This document shows positions 33,082 to 48,000 of a stretch of 64,000 bases of DNA, one piece after another; position 1 is the first letter of the stretch; each line of letters opens with the position of its first letter. A program made the position numbers and the translations under genes. The stretch is from Oopsacas minuta (Eukaryota > Animalia > Porifera), in the NCBI GenBank assembly GCA_024704765.1, contig JAKMXF010000011.1, positions 665,557 to 729,556 of the forward strand. Reading direction: 5' to 3'. The notes under the pieces were generated by a model. It worked only from the letters and a program-made list of their open reading frames with translations, did not search any database and was not told where the DNA came from.

Positions 33082-36000
33082 ATGCTACTATTCAAGAGTG
33101 TAAAAGAGGGTAAATCAGCTCTGACAACACTGGCGAGTGATTGGTTAGAACTATACGTATCTGACAACACAACTGGACTCACAGAACTTGTAAAATTCAT
33201 TATAGAGAGTTGTGGTTGTAACGCTACACTACATACAGCTGTACTAACCTCTGATAGAGGAATTGTACAGGCTATACAGGAGCTGACGCAGGGATTTGAT
33301 GAAGATAGTGGAGATTACCCGCTGATTATGAGTGGACCACTTTATAAGAGGTATAACTTTTTCCTATAAGTTTATTCTATGTTACGTATCCTGGTTGTTT
33401 TTAGGTTCCGTAACAACTTTTCAGAGTTCATAGAGAGAGTTATGTTCTGTTGTCAACATGGTCCTTTATATGATGAGATGTTCCTACCTAGTTTACTGGA
33501 ATGGCTTGTTGGATTAGCTGACTCACAAGTAATTAATTAATATTTGTCAATATGTTTGTTTGTTTGTTGGCTAGTTAGATAGTTGGGTAGTTACAGGGTA
33601 AACTCCACAAACTAGGGTGTGAAGGAGGCGAATAATGCTACCTCTTTTCTCGGTTTCTACCAGTTTCTTGTTGGAGTTCATAATCATTTGCACGGGACTA
33701 GGAATTCGCTCTATTTACTTTTGCTCAGCTTCCAGAATTTTTAGTTCCCAAAGGACCCGTTTGTGGAGAATTCACTGTAGTTTTGTTTGCTTGTATGTTT
33801 GTTCATTTTACAGACTACTTTACCATTACCTTATTTAGGTTCGCGCTTTCCGTCACACATGCACTCTAGCCTGCCTTAAGATAACAACTAGCCTATCTAA
33901 CATAGCAAAGAAATCTAGAGAGAGTTTAGATAAAACACAGCGTCAGTTAGAATCTGAGAAAAACAAACACGGTAGTAAGAAATCTAGTGATAGACAGAAA
34001 ACATTAGAGAGATCTTGTAAAGAGCAAGAACAGAGATTAATTGATTTGGAAGAACCGATGTCAATGTTATTTAGCTCTGTATTTGTACACAGGTATGTGT
34101 ATGGGGGAATTCTATATTGCATTTACCTGGATTTTCATCAATTTTTACCAATGATGAAAGTATTGGACGTATTAAACCAGTATATTTGTATTTATCATTA
34201 CAGGTATAAAGATATATTTCCAGACATAAGAGCTCTATGCATATCAGAGCTTGGTATGTGGATGAGAGAATACAGCTGTCTATTTCTACAGGATAAATAT
34301 CTTAAGTATATTGGATGGACTCTATATGATAAAGTTAGTTACTATCAGGAAATGTTAATACAGTAGTCTCTAGTAATACACAGCCGAAACTCGTATTCTT
34401 TATCCCCCTTGTATCGTATTTACTCGAATACTAGAACAAGCAATTATGAAGTTTTAGCCTCCATCACATACTGACCAATTCTCTCATGATTTTACAAGAA
34501 ATACAGGCCATCAGTCTAGCTACAATTCTAGACTATACAATAGTTACTCTATAAGTGCCGCGATTTTTCGAGTAAAAGAGTGAATTTAGGATATTATCGG
34601 CTATTTATTATACTAATATACAGGTAGGAGAAGTGAGACTACGTGCTGTAGAGAGCTTACACTTCCTCTACGAAGAAGGAACTCTAATACCAATGCTACA
34701 ACTATTCACTGACAGATTTAGAAACAGACTAGTATCCATGGTTATGGATAAAGATGATACTGTAGCAGTACAAGCTGTAAAAGTCTGTAAACTTTTGCTA
34801 GATTCTGAGCTATTGAATACTGTAGAGACTGAGTATGTGTGCAGTCTGGTGTTTGTAGAGAATAGAGCTGTAGCTCAAGCAGCTACTGAGTTCTTATTAG
34901 CTAAGCTATTTTCTCAGGTATAGTTAGTTACAGTATTACCTCCACAAACGGAGTCTGTGAAAACGGGGAACTTCTAGAAAAGAGAGCAAATTCCTAGCCC
35001 CATAAAAAACGATTTCCACACACGAGAAAACGGGTAGCATTTTTCGGCCTCTTTCGCACTCCGTTTATGGAGGTACACTGTATGTATTTCATCCCCAAAT
35101 CTGAGTTGTTTATCTAGAAATTGTCAAGGAAGTAGACTTAATCTCTCCATTAAAATTGATAGATAAGAAATTTCCAATTTTTATCAGTTATCAACCTTTC
35201 CCAAACATTATGTAAGTGTTATTAATCGTTACCTCGAAGCCTGTAGGTTGATAACCTAATATTTCCTCGAAATTCCTCGCTTCTCTCCTGGCGTCTAGAT
35301 GAATCCTTTTTAGGGACTTAGAGAATTTCTATATTTTCAGCTATACTTATATTAAACAGTGGACGTAGCTTACCCGAGGCTCTGTCAAGCGTACTCTACT
35401 AGCACATCAATATACGTATTAGCGCGTTTTATCGAGTAATCACTGACTATCCAGCAGCTCTGATGAATACTTACCTATTACCCTCTTCTATCTCTAGGAT
35501 GAGTTCCAGAATTCTCTGGAAGACCTTAACCCTACCCAAGTAGCACAAGCTAGAGTGCGAGAACTGTTAATGTTCTATATGGCTTATGGTATATTAGAAC
35601 ATGGAGCTTATTTCGTAGATGCTCTATGGGGTCACACTGATCTACTCAAAGATTGGTCTGTAATGACTGATTTGTTATTAGAGTTAGAATTGAGTCAGGC
35701 TGAAGAGAGTTTCCTGATTGAATTACTTACTTGTTGTGCTATAAGAGCTGCTGGGGGGTCTCCTCCTCCAGGGAGAGTTTATAAGAAGATAATAGCTACT
35801 AAGGAGAGGAAGAATATTTCTACAGTAAGTTAATGTACAGTCAACTTCAGTTATATCGATCACAGATTATCGACATACCCGCTTTTATCGAAGTTGGTAA
35901 TTGTGTAAATATTTCCTCAACCGTCAAAGTATATTTTACCGGCTATATCGACTCTGCTTATTTCGAAGTAATTATTGTGGTTCCTTGAGCTTCGGTATAA

Positions 36001-39000
36001 CGGGAGTTACTGTCATGGATTTACTCAACAAAGCCTGGACTGAGTTTATATCAATCGTCCTTGTAAAAACTTCTATTTGTAACTTGACATTTGACCACTT
36101 CCTAGGATAGAGAATCTATGACAATTCACATCTGTCAAGCATTACCATCTCTCTTACACAAATTCTCTACAGATAAGGATAAAGTTATATCCTTGTTGAG
36201 TATTGCTAATCACTTTGAGTTGAATCTCTATATAGTCATGAGACTTGAGTCTCACTATACAGAGCTACTAGATTGTGTGTATGGGATTATTAACAAACAT
36301 TCGAATGCAGATTTAATGAATCAAGCTGTATCTACTCTGAATTATCTTACTGCTAATGATTTGGCTATTAAGAAGACTGGAGAGGTAGCGAGAAATAAAC
36401 TCATTGATGAGATTGTGTCTAGGTAGGTTTGTATAGTTGAAATCGCGGCTTTTCCTCCTTGCATGTGCTTGTTTCCTAATTATACGTACAAAACTCATTG
36501 ATTGTTTGCCTATATGTTTTTCTTTTCATGTGCATTTTGCGAGAATTTTCAAAAATTATAGCCCTCACCTGTTACCACAGCGGATGTAAACTCAGCGCTT
36601 TCTTATCAAAATTCTACATGATTTCTGATCAAAATATGCAGTCTCCAAAAAGTACAATTTTTGCGATTTTTGACACTTTTCGACGGACATCTCGACAAAA
36701 ATCGGGACAATTAGCAATTACTGATGTCCGCGTCCGTTTGGCATAGAGATATATCTTCTCAATTGATTGTATTCTCAGTGTTCGAATATTGAATTTTGAT
36801 TTGATGAGGAACACGTTAATACTACTGACAATTTCCATTCATTAGATTCAAAGACTTTTTCTCAGCTGGTAACTACGTTCCTATTGAAGATCCTGAATCA
36901 GAGAGTGGTCAGGAATCTGAAGTTATCCTCACTCGTCTTAAATCTCTCTATTTATACTTCAATTTAACTCGTTGGGGATGTTTTACTCTGTTACTTAAAC
37001 TTTTAAACTATTGCAATCAACATGGAGTATATACTACTCCTGTATCCAGTATAATGTATTGTGCATCTCTACATATTAATTGGGTTGTAGCTTCTTTTAA
37101 TAAAGATCATCTTGATGAAGCTGGTGTTAAGCTTATTAATGAGAAAGTCCCAACGGTAAGATTAATAGTAATTGGTTATTTACACATGCTGATTTGTTAT
37201 AGTTTAAAGTTATAACGATCATTTCCTTGAGGAAGTGTATTTCTTGCTCGATAATGCCTGTTGTTACCATAAATTGTGCCAATTCATAATATAATATGTT
37301 TGTAGAAGTATGTTTTCGATCCGATACCTTAATGCAGCGTTCTCAACCCGTATTTACACATTCTGTTGACTCCTTCCCAGACTGTAATACAAATTTTGAG
37401 ATTCTATGACCCCTGCTGTCGTTAGTGGACCACCAAAATTGGATAAAAAACAATTTCCAGATTAAAAATTAGAAAATCTAATACTTAAAAGATTGCCTGT
37501 CTATCTCATAGAGATAACAGATATACGAATTTGGGAACATTACTACCTAAAATGCTATTATTAACGTTATCTCTATCAAGGTTTTGAGAGTACTGGAAGA
37601 TTCCTTAGCATACGGGGATGATGATAACGTCAAAGCAGACTCATTCCTAATCCTCAGTGATCTAATATCCCTCCTCTCTCCTAACTTAATTAACCACACA
37701 CCAACATTTAAGCATATAGTAATTACGCCAAGTATTGAGCTACAGGATCACTGTACTAACTTTGTATTACATTATGTGTTCTCTGGTGAGGGTAATAAAG
37801 ATGATGTAGTAAGTGATCAGGAGGATATTGATAAACAGGATGGGGATAAGTTAGAGTTATATCAGAAGAAGAGAGAGGTTTGTTGAATACAGTCCACTTA
37901 TATCGAAGCTCAGGAGACCGCGATAATTACTTGACCTACGCTTCGAGACCATATCTGTACAATTTTATACTCCATCACAGGACAGATATAAGCGGTTATT
38001 TCGATTTACCCGTGTTAGATATAACTGAAGTAGGGCGGTCACGTATATCCGGTGTCAATCATGAATTCTATATTTATGAACTCACTAGTGTATTGTAAGA
38101 AATTTGCCTCAAAATATGATAACATTACTAAGTTTTGAATCAGGCCCGATTAACCGACGCTATTAAGCACTATTTGCATGGTCCTGTTTCTAGCCAAATT
38201 ACCCACTCAACAATGGCCCAAACACCAGTGACCCTCTTGACACATAAACCCAACTACCTACTCTAATCTATCGTTTAGGTATTCGCAGCATTCACTCGTC
38301 TCATCCTCTATGGCTCTTTTCCTATGGTGCTAGCTAGTCGTATCTTTGTGCACTATATACGGTACTATGATGCATTTGGTAGCATGATGAAGCTGACTAT
38401 TTCTAAATGCAAAGAAGCTAGTCATGTTCTATGGAGTAAAACTATTTTACAGAGTTTAAAACAGCTGTTTGAAGAGGTTAAAGATATGAGTACTGAAGGT
38501 TAGTGTTCGCGATATCCGTATAGTAATACCAATTTAATATCCAGTGAAGGGGCCTGAGTTTGTGTCCGTATTTGTATTCATTGTGTTCGTATTAACGTGG
38601 TACTACTAGTTATTTCGATATTTCTATTGAAACCTCACTAGATACAGTATTACTTCCACAAACGTGATGCCGGGACACCGAAAAATTTCCGCGTTTTTGC
38701 CAAATTCCACGTTCGTGGAGGTTCATTTGTAGTGCACTAACAATTCGCTCTATTTATTTTCTCTTCGTTCCAAGAAGTTCCCCGTTTCCACCGGCCCCCG
38801 TTTGTGAAGGCTACACTGTTGCACATCTACATCTTCTTTATATTTATTTTATCATATATTTAGCGCGAGGTTTCACACACCCATATAAGTAGTATTATTC
38901 TGTCTACCAAAAGTGGAAGTAGTATTACGTAAACTGGTTTATGTCGTATACTATTAATACTTTTGTAATTACTAACTTTAGGTCAAATTGATAAGACACT

Positions 39001-39964
39001 AGCTGAATGGAGTTACCTAAAAGAGTTAGCAAAACGATTCAATCTTCTGACTGGATTTGAACTTACCAAAATCAGAAAGATAATAGTAAGCATCCATCTA
39101 GGTGGAATAGAGTTTGTTTTGAAGAGAAATGATGCCACCTTAAGCCCTACTGATGACAATCCTTCTAATTATCCAAATTTAGAATTCTTAGATATTGTAC
39201 AGGAATTCTCACATAAACTAATTGATGAAGATCGTTATAGTGAACGTGGAGTGAATTTCTTTCTCGGCTCGCTTCTACCTGCTTCTTACAAGTCCCGCCC
39301 TAAGCTAAAGTCCTGGAAGACTCTGCATACTTTTGTTACAACAATTTATAAGGTGGCTGCTAAGAAAGTTCCACAGACAACGCCAGCTGATGTATGGTCA
39401 GGTGAATCAGGGGAGGATTTCTCTCCGACTGGTTTACCAAAGAAGCAGTCAAGAGGGGGCCTAAGGGGTGCAAGAGGGGGTCGGGGTAGAGCACGAGGAA
39501 GAGGAAGAACTGGAATGACTACCCTGTTATCCCCAAGTGTAACTCTCACGTCTCAATCTGAACCTACAGAGGAACAAGACCCCCTCGCACTAGTAGACCC
39601 CTCGAGTTCATTAGCATCACACCAAATAAGTAGTCCATTAATATCTGAAGAAACTGCTAGTCCAAAGCTCCACAGTCCTGCTATACAAGCTAGTGAATCT
39701 GATAATCCTGAAATTACCAACTGGCTGGATGATATGGGTAATTTAGATTCACCGAATATGGTTACTTCTACTATTGAGCATCAGAGGAAGAGGAATGTAC
39801 CCTCTAGGAAACGTCCGTGTTATGATCCTCCTGAACCAATGGATAGCGAGACACCAGTCGCACAAACACGTCGTAGTAAACGTATTAATCTATCATCAAA
39901 TAATTCCAGTAAGGGCTCGAATATTGAATTCTTGCATGAACCTGATTCAGATGGTAGTTTATAA
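33082..39964 (+). CDS. STAG1/2: Cohesin subunit SA (STAG), about 11 exons
   Basis: [72 protein letters not shown] and FTDRFRNRLVSM. Exons are joined through GT-AG introns; disordered C-terminus. Confidence 0.94.
33594..33777. mobile_element. MITE family B, STAG intron
   Basis: ta|cagggtaaactccacaaac...gtttgtggagaattcactg|ta. Confidence 0.75.
34931..35080. mobile_element. MITE family B, STAG intron (best-preserved TIRs)
   Basis: ta|cagtattacctccacaaacggagt...actccgtttatggaggtacactg|ta. Confidence 0.8.
35838..36012. mobile_element. MITE family A, STAG intron
   Basis: ta|cagtcaacttcagttatatcg...ccttgagcttcggtataacgggagttactg. Confidence 0.8.
37890..38035. mobile_element. MITE family A (inverted, degraded), STAG intron
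   Basis: tatatcgaagctcaggagaccgcgataattactt is the reverse complement of the family core. Confidence 0.65.
38645..38818. mobile_element. MITE family B, STAG intron
   Basis: ta|cagtattacttccacaaacg...cgtttgtgaaggctacactg. Confidence 0.75.
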
Positions 39965-40121
39965 CGAACGTGTTTGTGTATGCGTTTTGATTCACACTTG
40001 GCCTCACTTATATACTTTCCCAATCATTTTATTTACAAACATGTCAGCTGTTTGTTACGTATGACAAACAAACATCAAGTTGTTATTGATCGTAACAGAA
40101 TCATGAACCAAAATGTTGGTA

Positions 40122-40122
<1 letters not shown>

Positions 40123-40165
<43 letters not shown>

Positions 40166-40174
40166 CATTATTAT
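40123..40174. repeat. (TTA)n microsatellite
   Basis: Long near-perfect tta run downstream of STAG; it produces the spurious poly-Tyr ORF. Confidence 0.9.
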
Positions 40175-40537
40175 TTGTTTAATTGCTGTTTAATGCGATT
40201 TGTGTTGGAATTAACTTTTTCTCTTTATACAAGAATCCAGTTATACTACATACGTATATACAAGTCCATCCAAGAAGAAATATTGGGTACTACGGGTATG
40301 CATTTTTGAGCCAGCTGCGATTTTCACACTTCAGAAGAGCTGCAGGAATTTGATCCTAAAACTCAAATTTCGATACACAAATGTATTTATATACGGCATT
40401 TTCGGGTTCAACAAACTTCAGATTTCGAAATCGACGTACAAACAAACAAACAAACAGACATACTTTCAGAAATTAAGTTCTCAAAATCCACATTGATTCC
40501 TAAACCTATCATAACTATTAGTGTATTTGCTCATAAC

Positions 40538-43500
40538 ATGTGGGATGGTACTGATAACAGCTCCAGGAGGGAACCTACAAGTCCTATTGAATTAAGACCT
40601 CGTTGTTACCTCGATCTGGAGATAAACAATGAAGATGTCGGTCGTATTGTTATTGAGTTATACAAACATTTAGCGCCTAAAACTTGTGAGAACTTCCGGT
40701 GTCTCTGTACAGGAGAGAAAGGAGTTGGAAAGTTGTCTGATAAACCACTTTCTTATAGGGGGTGTCGTTTCCATCGTGTTATAAAGGGGTTTATGATACA
40801 GACAGGAGATTTTACGGCTAAAGATGGTACTGGTGGAGAGTCTATATTTGGAGGGTAAGTATATTTGTTGTTGTATGTTGTCATACTCATTTATTATTTA
40901 TAATTTTACATATATTCTCATTTTCATAAATATGTTTGAGAATGCGAAAAGTGTTTTTACAACTATCCAAAGATTAGAGTTCGTAATGGAGCGAATTTTG
41001 CCTGACACAGTTCTAAGCCTGCCTTCTAAACATTTGTATGTAGTCAACCAGGAGTAACCTGGCCCGGTCTTAAGCCGAATGGACTTCTGGATCGGGCCAG
41101 GCGAGCGACCTTTAATACAGATATACATACATACTACGTGCATTGTACCGAAAATCGAATATTCCGAAATACACACACTAGATGTTCGTATTTACAAGAC
41201 TTTAATATGTCCTAAAATAATCTCACAAGAATTGTATTATTGAATATACAGCTACAAATACCTTAGACCACATTTGCATGCGTGTATTATTACTGCATTA
41301 TTACAATTGTATAGATATTTTGATGATGAGAACAAAGACACTCTCCACACCAGACCTTACTTAGTATCAATGGCTAACAGAGGTCCTAATACAAATGCTA
41401 GTCAATTCTTCATTACTACAGCACCAGCTCCTCATCTTGACGGTAAGCATGTAGTATTTGGCGAGGTTATATCAGGACAGGATGTAGTGTTACTTGTTGA
41501 AATGTGTGAAGTTAAACAGAACTTTAAACCTGAAGCTGATATAAGTGTTGGTAAGTAGTTAATTGTATGTAGATTTGTGTTTACTTACTTGTGGATAGTA
41601 AGAGTTTCCTCTAATGAACTCGAATAATGCTTAAATGCCATGAGGCAACATTCAAGGCTTCTTATCCACTAATCCAAGTCGACCACTACTCGCATAGTAA
41701 GGTAATACACTGGAGCAACATCCAAGGTACAAATCTCTGTACACAATTGTCATACCCAATTTATATACAAATTTCGTACTAGTCTTTTCCACTAATATCT
41801 CTCTCAGCTTTGGAGCATTGCATTGTCTTATAATATTTAGTTGAAAGCTGTTCCTCGATTATATCTTAGATATATTTGAACTCAGAAATTTGTCTATTTA
41901 TATCTTGTAAAGTTATCATGTATATCATTATATAGTTGGGTGTGGAGAATTGATTTACAACTATAACAACCATGAGCGTCCTATACCAAGGAAGATACTA
42001 GTAACACCACAAGACTGTGCTATAGAGAGGCAGAGATTAGTTGATAAGTTTATGAGAGTTAAAAGGAAATACAAACAGTTAGGAAAAACTGATGAGGAAT
42101 CTCATGAGAAGAATAAATTGAAAAAGGTTTGTAGTGCAGGCTTCTTAATCTTGCACTTTTCTAGGAATGATTCATAACTAACAAATAGAGACACTACGAA
42201 ATCTTTCAATTAATTGGGGAATCCGTTTAATAGGGATAACCTGCCTAATAGGCGGAGTTTGATGGACATTTTGTTTACGAGATTTTTCTTCAGTTTCCAA
42301 AAATATTGGCAATCGACATTTGCTAGAATTTAATATAATACAGTGAAACCTCCACAAATGGGCCCTGTGAAAACGGGGTGAAAATAAATAGAACGAATTC
42401 CTAGTTGGATACAAATGAACCTCCACAACGAGGAAACAGTGTAGCATTTATCTACGTCCTGACATCCCATTCGTAGGGGTTACACTGTATGATAGCTATT
42501 GCAATCATCTTAAAATTTCCTGCGGATGTATATGTAGGCTAATAGCTAGTTGCTGCTAGTAAAATATCTTATAATTTGACGTTTGACAGGTTGCAGATGT
42601 AATTAAACACAAACTACGTAAACTAGAATCAGAAGCTGAGATAGAACAGCTGGGTAATATAGGTGATGACGTAGGAGAACAAGGTAGTAGTACAATAAAT
42701 GAGGATGCTATAGAGATGATGGATACTGAACAAAGAGAATTTCAGAGTGATGCTAGTGTTGATGAAAAACAGAGTTCTGCCGAAGATGAATTATCTCCTA
42801 TTGTATCATCATCTATGGTAAGTATCCTCGGACAGTGTTCTCAAGCAATATTCCATGGCTTTACCTGTCCTATCCTTATTAAATTTGACTACGTATTTTC
42901 AATGCAATTTGAGCTTAATGCTACTGGAAAACTTACCTAATGAGCAATATATATTTGCTATTAGAGCAATTGCTTTTACACGTTAGAATGTGTTATATTT
43001 GTTTTCCAAATTATACCGGTTTATTCTACTTTCCATTCAGACACGATCCTGGCTCTATCGCTACTCACGTACTCCTTCACCTATAAGAGATCAGGGTATA
43101 CACTTGTCTAGGAACTGTGAAGACAATATACCACTGCCTAATAGAGAAGGAATGGTATCTAGTTCTGGTAGAATTCTAAAGGGGAGGGGTAACATGAAAT
43201 ATAGAACTCCTCCTCCTTCTGAAATGGAAATGCGATCAGGTAATTACTGGTTAATCAGTTACATCAATGTATATTAGGGATAAAGCAAAATATATTGGTT
43301 AATTAGTGACTTCACTTATTTATTTTTGTGCTTAGCTCGTCGCGGACCTTCACCAAATAGATCTAGACATCGTAATCATCGCCGGCGTTCAATCAGCCCA
43401 TACAAGCTTACCAGGAGGAGATCCACTAGAGATGGCTCAAGAGAAGATCGAGGTAGACGCTCTCCTGATTGGTTTGCTGGACGTCGCAGGAGACCATCTT

Positions 43501-43944
43501 CTCCTCATGAACGTAGAGATTCTAATAGAAGTATGTTTACCAAACCACCAACCCTATTTACAATTTTTCCGGGATTTCATAATTCCACCTCGATGTGAAG
43601 AGAAATGTTGCAATAATCCAGAGAGGGGTTGCAAGTATACAATTCTTAATCACGAATTCACGATATCACTTTTGTATCCCCTATTTATAGATCGGAGAAG
43701 AGACTCCTACTCCCGTAGCAGGAGTAGAAGTCGTAGCAAAGACAGAAATCGTAACAGAGATAGAGAACGTGAGAAGAACAGGAGAGGTCTGCTAAACACC
43801 AGAAGTAATTCGAACAAATCAAAAGAACGTACAGACAACCAGCAAGGAAAGGATAATATAAAGCCTAATTCGAATGGACAGCAACAACAGAGTACTAATC
43901 CTGTTGACTTAGTTTTCGATTTACATGTTAAAGATGAAATATGA
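40538..43944 (+). CDS. PPIG: RS-domain cyclophilin (PPIG/NKTR type), multi-exon
   Basis: [59 protein letters not shown] and [10 protein letters not shown], followed by acidic and RS-rich exons. The 3' exon structure is approximate. Confidence 0.88.
42341..42487. mobile_element. MITE family B, PPIG intron
   Basis: ta|cagtgaaacctccacaaatggg...cccattcgtaggggttacactg|ta. Confidence 0.75.
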
Positions 43945-45091
43945 AATTGTGTGGAACGGTTGATAAGGTGAAATGGAATTGAGCTGCTGGCAAGAAATGT
44001 AGAGTTGTTACGATAGCGTTTGTTGACTTTATGTAATGTCAGGTTAATATTTTCACTCAATTATTTGCAGTATTATTCGGTTATCTTAAGTTACTAATAT
44101 TTTACTTTGAATAGTATTATTTGTAGAATTTCCTTAGTAAGATTACTCTTAAGTTCAAAAGTGAAATTTGTTAATATATTTAAGAAGATGGAAATTTTTT
44201 GATTAATCCGCAAAAATTATTTAAATTCCAAATATTTGATAATACATTCCACAGAAAGGTTTTACATATCATAAACTTAGATATTAATAGAATATGCATG
44301 CGTAACAGATTGTTTTTACGTAGGTTCGATAATTGATATCGAAAATATTTTCAAATACATTAACACAATATTTGAATGACTATTTACTAGTTGTGTGTAA
44401 TTTTAAGTTTGAAAATTAAATATTTATTGTTTTCAAACATATAATTCTGTATTATAATTATTATTCATATTCTGGAAAAGTTGATTTTGTATACTCAAAA
44501 GATTTTTTATCATTCACATAATTTGTTCAAATGATATTCACTTAATATTTATGAATAATATTGATAGTCACCAATAGCTTTTCTGTAAATTCATAGTCAT
44601 AGAATTCCCATTGATAATTACCCGTTTGAATATTGCCTTACTAATTCGCTAAATAGGAATTGAAACGTTTCACAAGATTGATTTATTTGTGAAAAAGTTG
44701 TTTTGATCCAATCAAAGGTTTTCAACAATCCACAAAATGGCTCAAAATTCATAAAAAGATTAAACGCAAAGTCATTAATCTGAATATATTTCGTAATCGC
44801 GTGACATGAGCTTGTTATGCACATCTCTAGGATTCTTTATTGAAATTATATATTATTGAGTTGATGTGTTCACTCTAAATAATAAATTTATTCATATTTT
44901 ATTCACCTTATTCACTAAAATTATATATTTAAGTTTAGCTTAACATTTTAAGCAAAACTTTAGAAGAACTAAATTGGAACTTAATTGATCTTCCCAACAC
45001 ATATTTAAGTCAAAACTAAGACTTTCGCTTGTACTTTAGTTGTTCCTTTATCCACCTAATAATTGTTATTTCTCATCAATAGTTTATTAGC

Positions 45092-48000
45092 ATGTCTTTA
45101 TTCAAAGTCAATACTTTTTGGAATACATCTCCTGTTTGGCAACAACAAGAAAATTTTGATTTTAATGCATTTTGTGTGAACAGCTACTCAACTAATACCT
45201 CCTCTAAGATTGGTAGTATATTGATAACAGGAAGCTATCAGGGTGTGTTACGTGTATATAGTCCAAGTTATGATAAAGATAGAGTTTATGAGAATACTGA
45301 TGGATTGGATAGAGGGCAGGATTTGTTATTGGAAATGCTTCTACCGCATCCTATATTACAGGTGGGTATTGTTGCTTATTGATATATTGTGTACTTTGAA
45401 TGCAATATGGTGATAAATGTAGAATTATACGTATATTCATATTTCCTTTTCCACAAAGTAATATTCATTGAAATAATCTCATTATTCATATTAGCAAGTC
45501 GTATTTGCTAACTTACTAAAAAATGAATTATTTCCATTTCAAAAGGGAGTCTAAGTTTCGCAGAAAACTTGCTAATAGGTGAACACCACTATAGCTTGCT
45601 AATTCTGGCGCAGTATTTGTCTATTCTTTTATTCGTGTGTATATTCAGATAGAAACTGGTAGATTTGTTGCTGGAACAGAACATTCCTTTCTAGCTATAC
45701 TGCATCCACGTAAGTTATCTGTATATGGCATATCAAGAGCTGGAGACAATATCGCGATTGTTGACACCCCTGAAGGGTCAGGAAGCCACCCGATCACTCT
45801 ACTACAACAATATGAACATAGTCTACAGAGAAACGCGGCTAATTTCACCTTTGGTACTTTTGGAGGTGTGAAAGGTCGCGATTTTTTATGTGTTCAGTCT
45901 ATGGATGGATTGTTATCTTTCTTTGAACAAGAAAGTTTTGCATTTGCTCGGTTCTTACCAGCATTTCTGTTACCTGGACCTTTACGATACTTTTCCCATT
46001 CTGATTCTATTCTGACTGGATCTTCTAGAGGATATCTTGAATCTTACAAGTAAGTTAAGTCATGATTTGTTAATCAAATTTATCATTTTACTTGTATAAC
46101 CTACACGAACTCGGTGTCAGGGAAATGCCACCCAGTTTCTCGTTTCTGCCAAATTCCCCTTTTGTAGAGGTTCTATCTATGGGGCAGCTTTATTATTCAC
46201 TGCGTTTCCAGAAGTTCCCCATTCTTGGAGGTTACACTAGTAACCTTTGTTCCTTTTCGAAAAAGGTCTACAAATTATGTTTTCTAGACAAATGCCTGTT
46301 GGAATTTACTTTTGGTTTTTTCACTTTATCTTGTATTATTTCCGAATAATCATACAAAATTGTAGATTAATTAACAGTTTTGAATTGATATATTTTACCG
46401 AAATTTCCAATCTCTAACATCCAATGAATACTGTATTTACTCAAAAGGTACCAAACACTTGCAGTTTCCTCCTCAGAACAGCGAGAAACTCCAGTACAAA
46501 GTGGTAAGAAACTCCGATCAGATTGGGAATACAATATAGGAGACCATCTCTTATCAATACATCCTATTCAATATGAATCATCTCTACCATCAATTCTATT
46601 GTTAAGCGAGAGATCTATTGTATGTGTATCTCCGAATGGTGTGCCTATTTTCATGCGAAAGCTAGACTATAATCCCTCCTGCATGTATATGTATGGTTCT
46701 ATAGGTGATAAAATTCGCTATTTAGTGTCATCTTTTGATGGTTATCTGTTCGTGTACTTAGGAGGTACTCTTCAGTGGGCTGCTCAGCTCGATGAAAGTC
46801 CTATAACATTGAGTGTTGTGAATTTACCGCAGCTTAATGGTGTTATTGTCGGTATGAGTGAATCTGGGAAATTGTCTTGTAGCTATTTAGGAACTGACCC
46901 ACCTAAATTGTCTTTAGAACAGGAAGAGAGACGTCCTGTTGATTATGAAGCTATTAGCAAAGAGATGCGAGCTTTACAAAAGGAAATCTCTGCAGTCGAA
47001 AACACTAGTTCATCTCAAACGCATAACATACAGGAATTGGAAGTTAGTGTGGAATTTGATGATAAAATACGAGAAGAACAGATACAAGAGCATGAAGGGG
47101 AGGATACACAACCATCTACTTTGAGTGTTGCAACAGCTCATGTTACTCTACGTAATCTTGTGAATTCTACACTGCGAAATATCTCGCTATCACTTATGGT
47201 TTTGCCGCCACTATTCGCACAACCACCTTTCACACAACTCGAAGAACTAGAGCCTAAAGGTAAATCTACTCGCGACTTATCTATTCTACTTAATCACTTC
47301 ATGTTACCTACAGCCAGACATTTCTCACTATCAATTTCCTATACAAATATAGCTAATACACCTAAACATATTAACTATTCACTACCACTACCTCTATCAC
47401 TATTCTTTGAAACTTGTAAACCATCTAAAGATGCGAAACATAAACTTACCCTCGAGACAAACATCACAGACACACCCCTCTTGGAGTTATTTCATGACGT
47501 CATTAACCAGGATGATAGCCTCCCACAAAATGCGATTGGTTTCGAATTCCACACACTATTACAACCTACAGTAACGATTATACTATCAAAATCATCTAAT
47601 AGATATCGTATACAAACTGATTTTCTTGAAATATTATGGATATTCATGGATGTGTTGAAAGAGAGATTGGAAAAATTTTCTGCGAAATCTAACACTTCGC
47701 TTGAGCTGTCATTTAACGAGGAATTACCGTTGCAGGATTATTTTATCGCGATTGATACGCATTTTGAGGCGAGAATCGGGCAACTTCAGTTACGTGAAAT
47801 TCTCAGTGATTATGCTAAACAATTTCGCTGCATACAAAAGCGAATTTTGACACGTTTGAAGGACAAAACACCTACTCCTTTGAATAACTTGGATGTTCTA
47901 TTAGACGGGACTTATAGACAACTCCTCGCGATTGGCAACGCTGAAGAACGAGCTGCCTACAAAAAATCTACATCCGCGAATATTCTCTCTTGCTTCACAA

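Noticed and set aside
36450-36840. ORFs in the STAG intron as a nested gene
   Set aside because: Three overlapping frames with no homology; the sequence looks like degraded TE.
39974-40309. ORF with a poly-Tyr run
   Set aside because: It is a translation of the (TTA)n microsatellite.
44000-45060. AT-rich 1-kb gap between PPIG and BBS9 as a hidden gene or transposase
   Set aside because: There is only a 68-aa ORF with no motifs and no clear terminal repeats.
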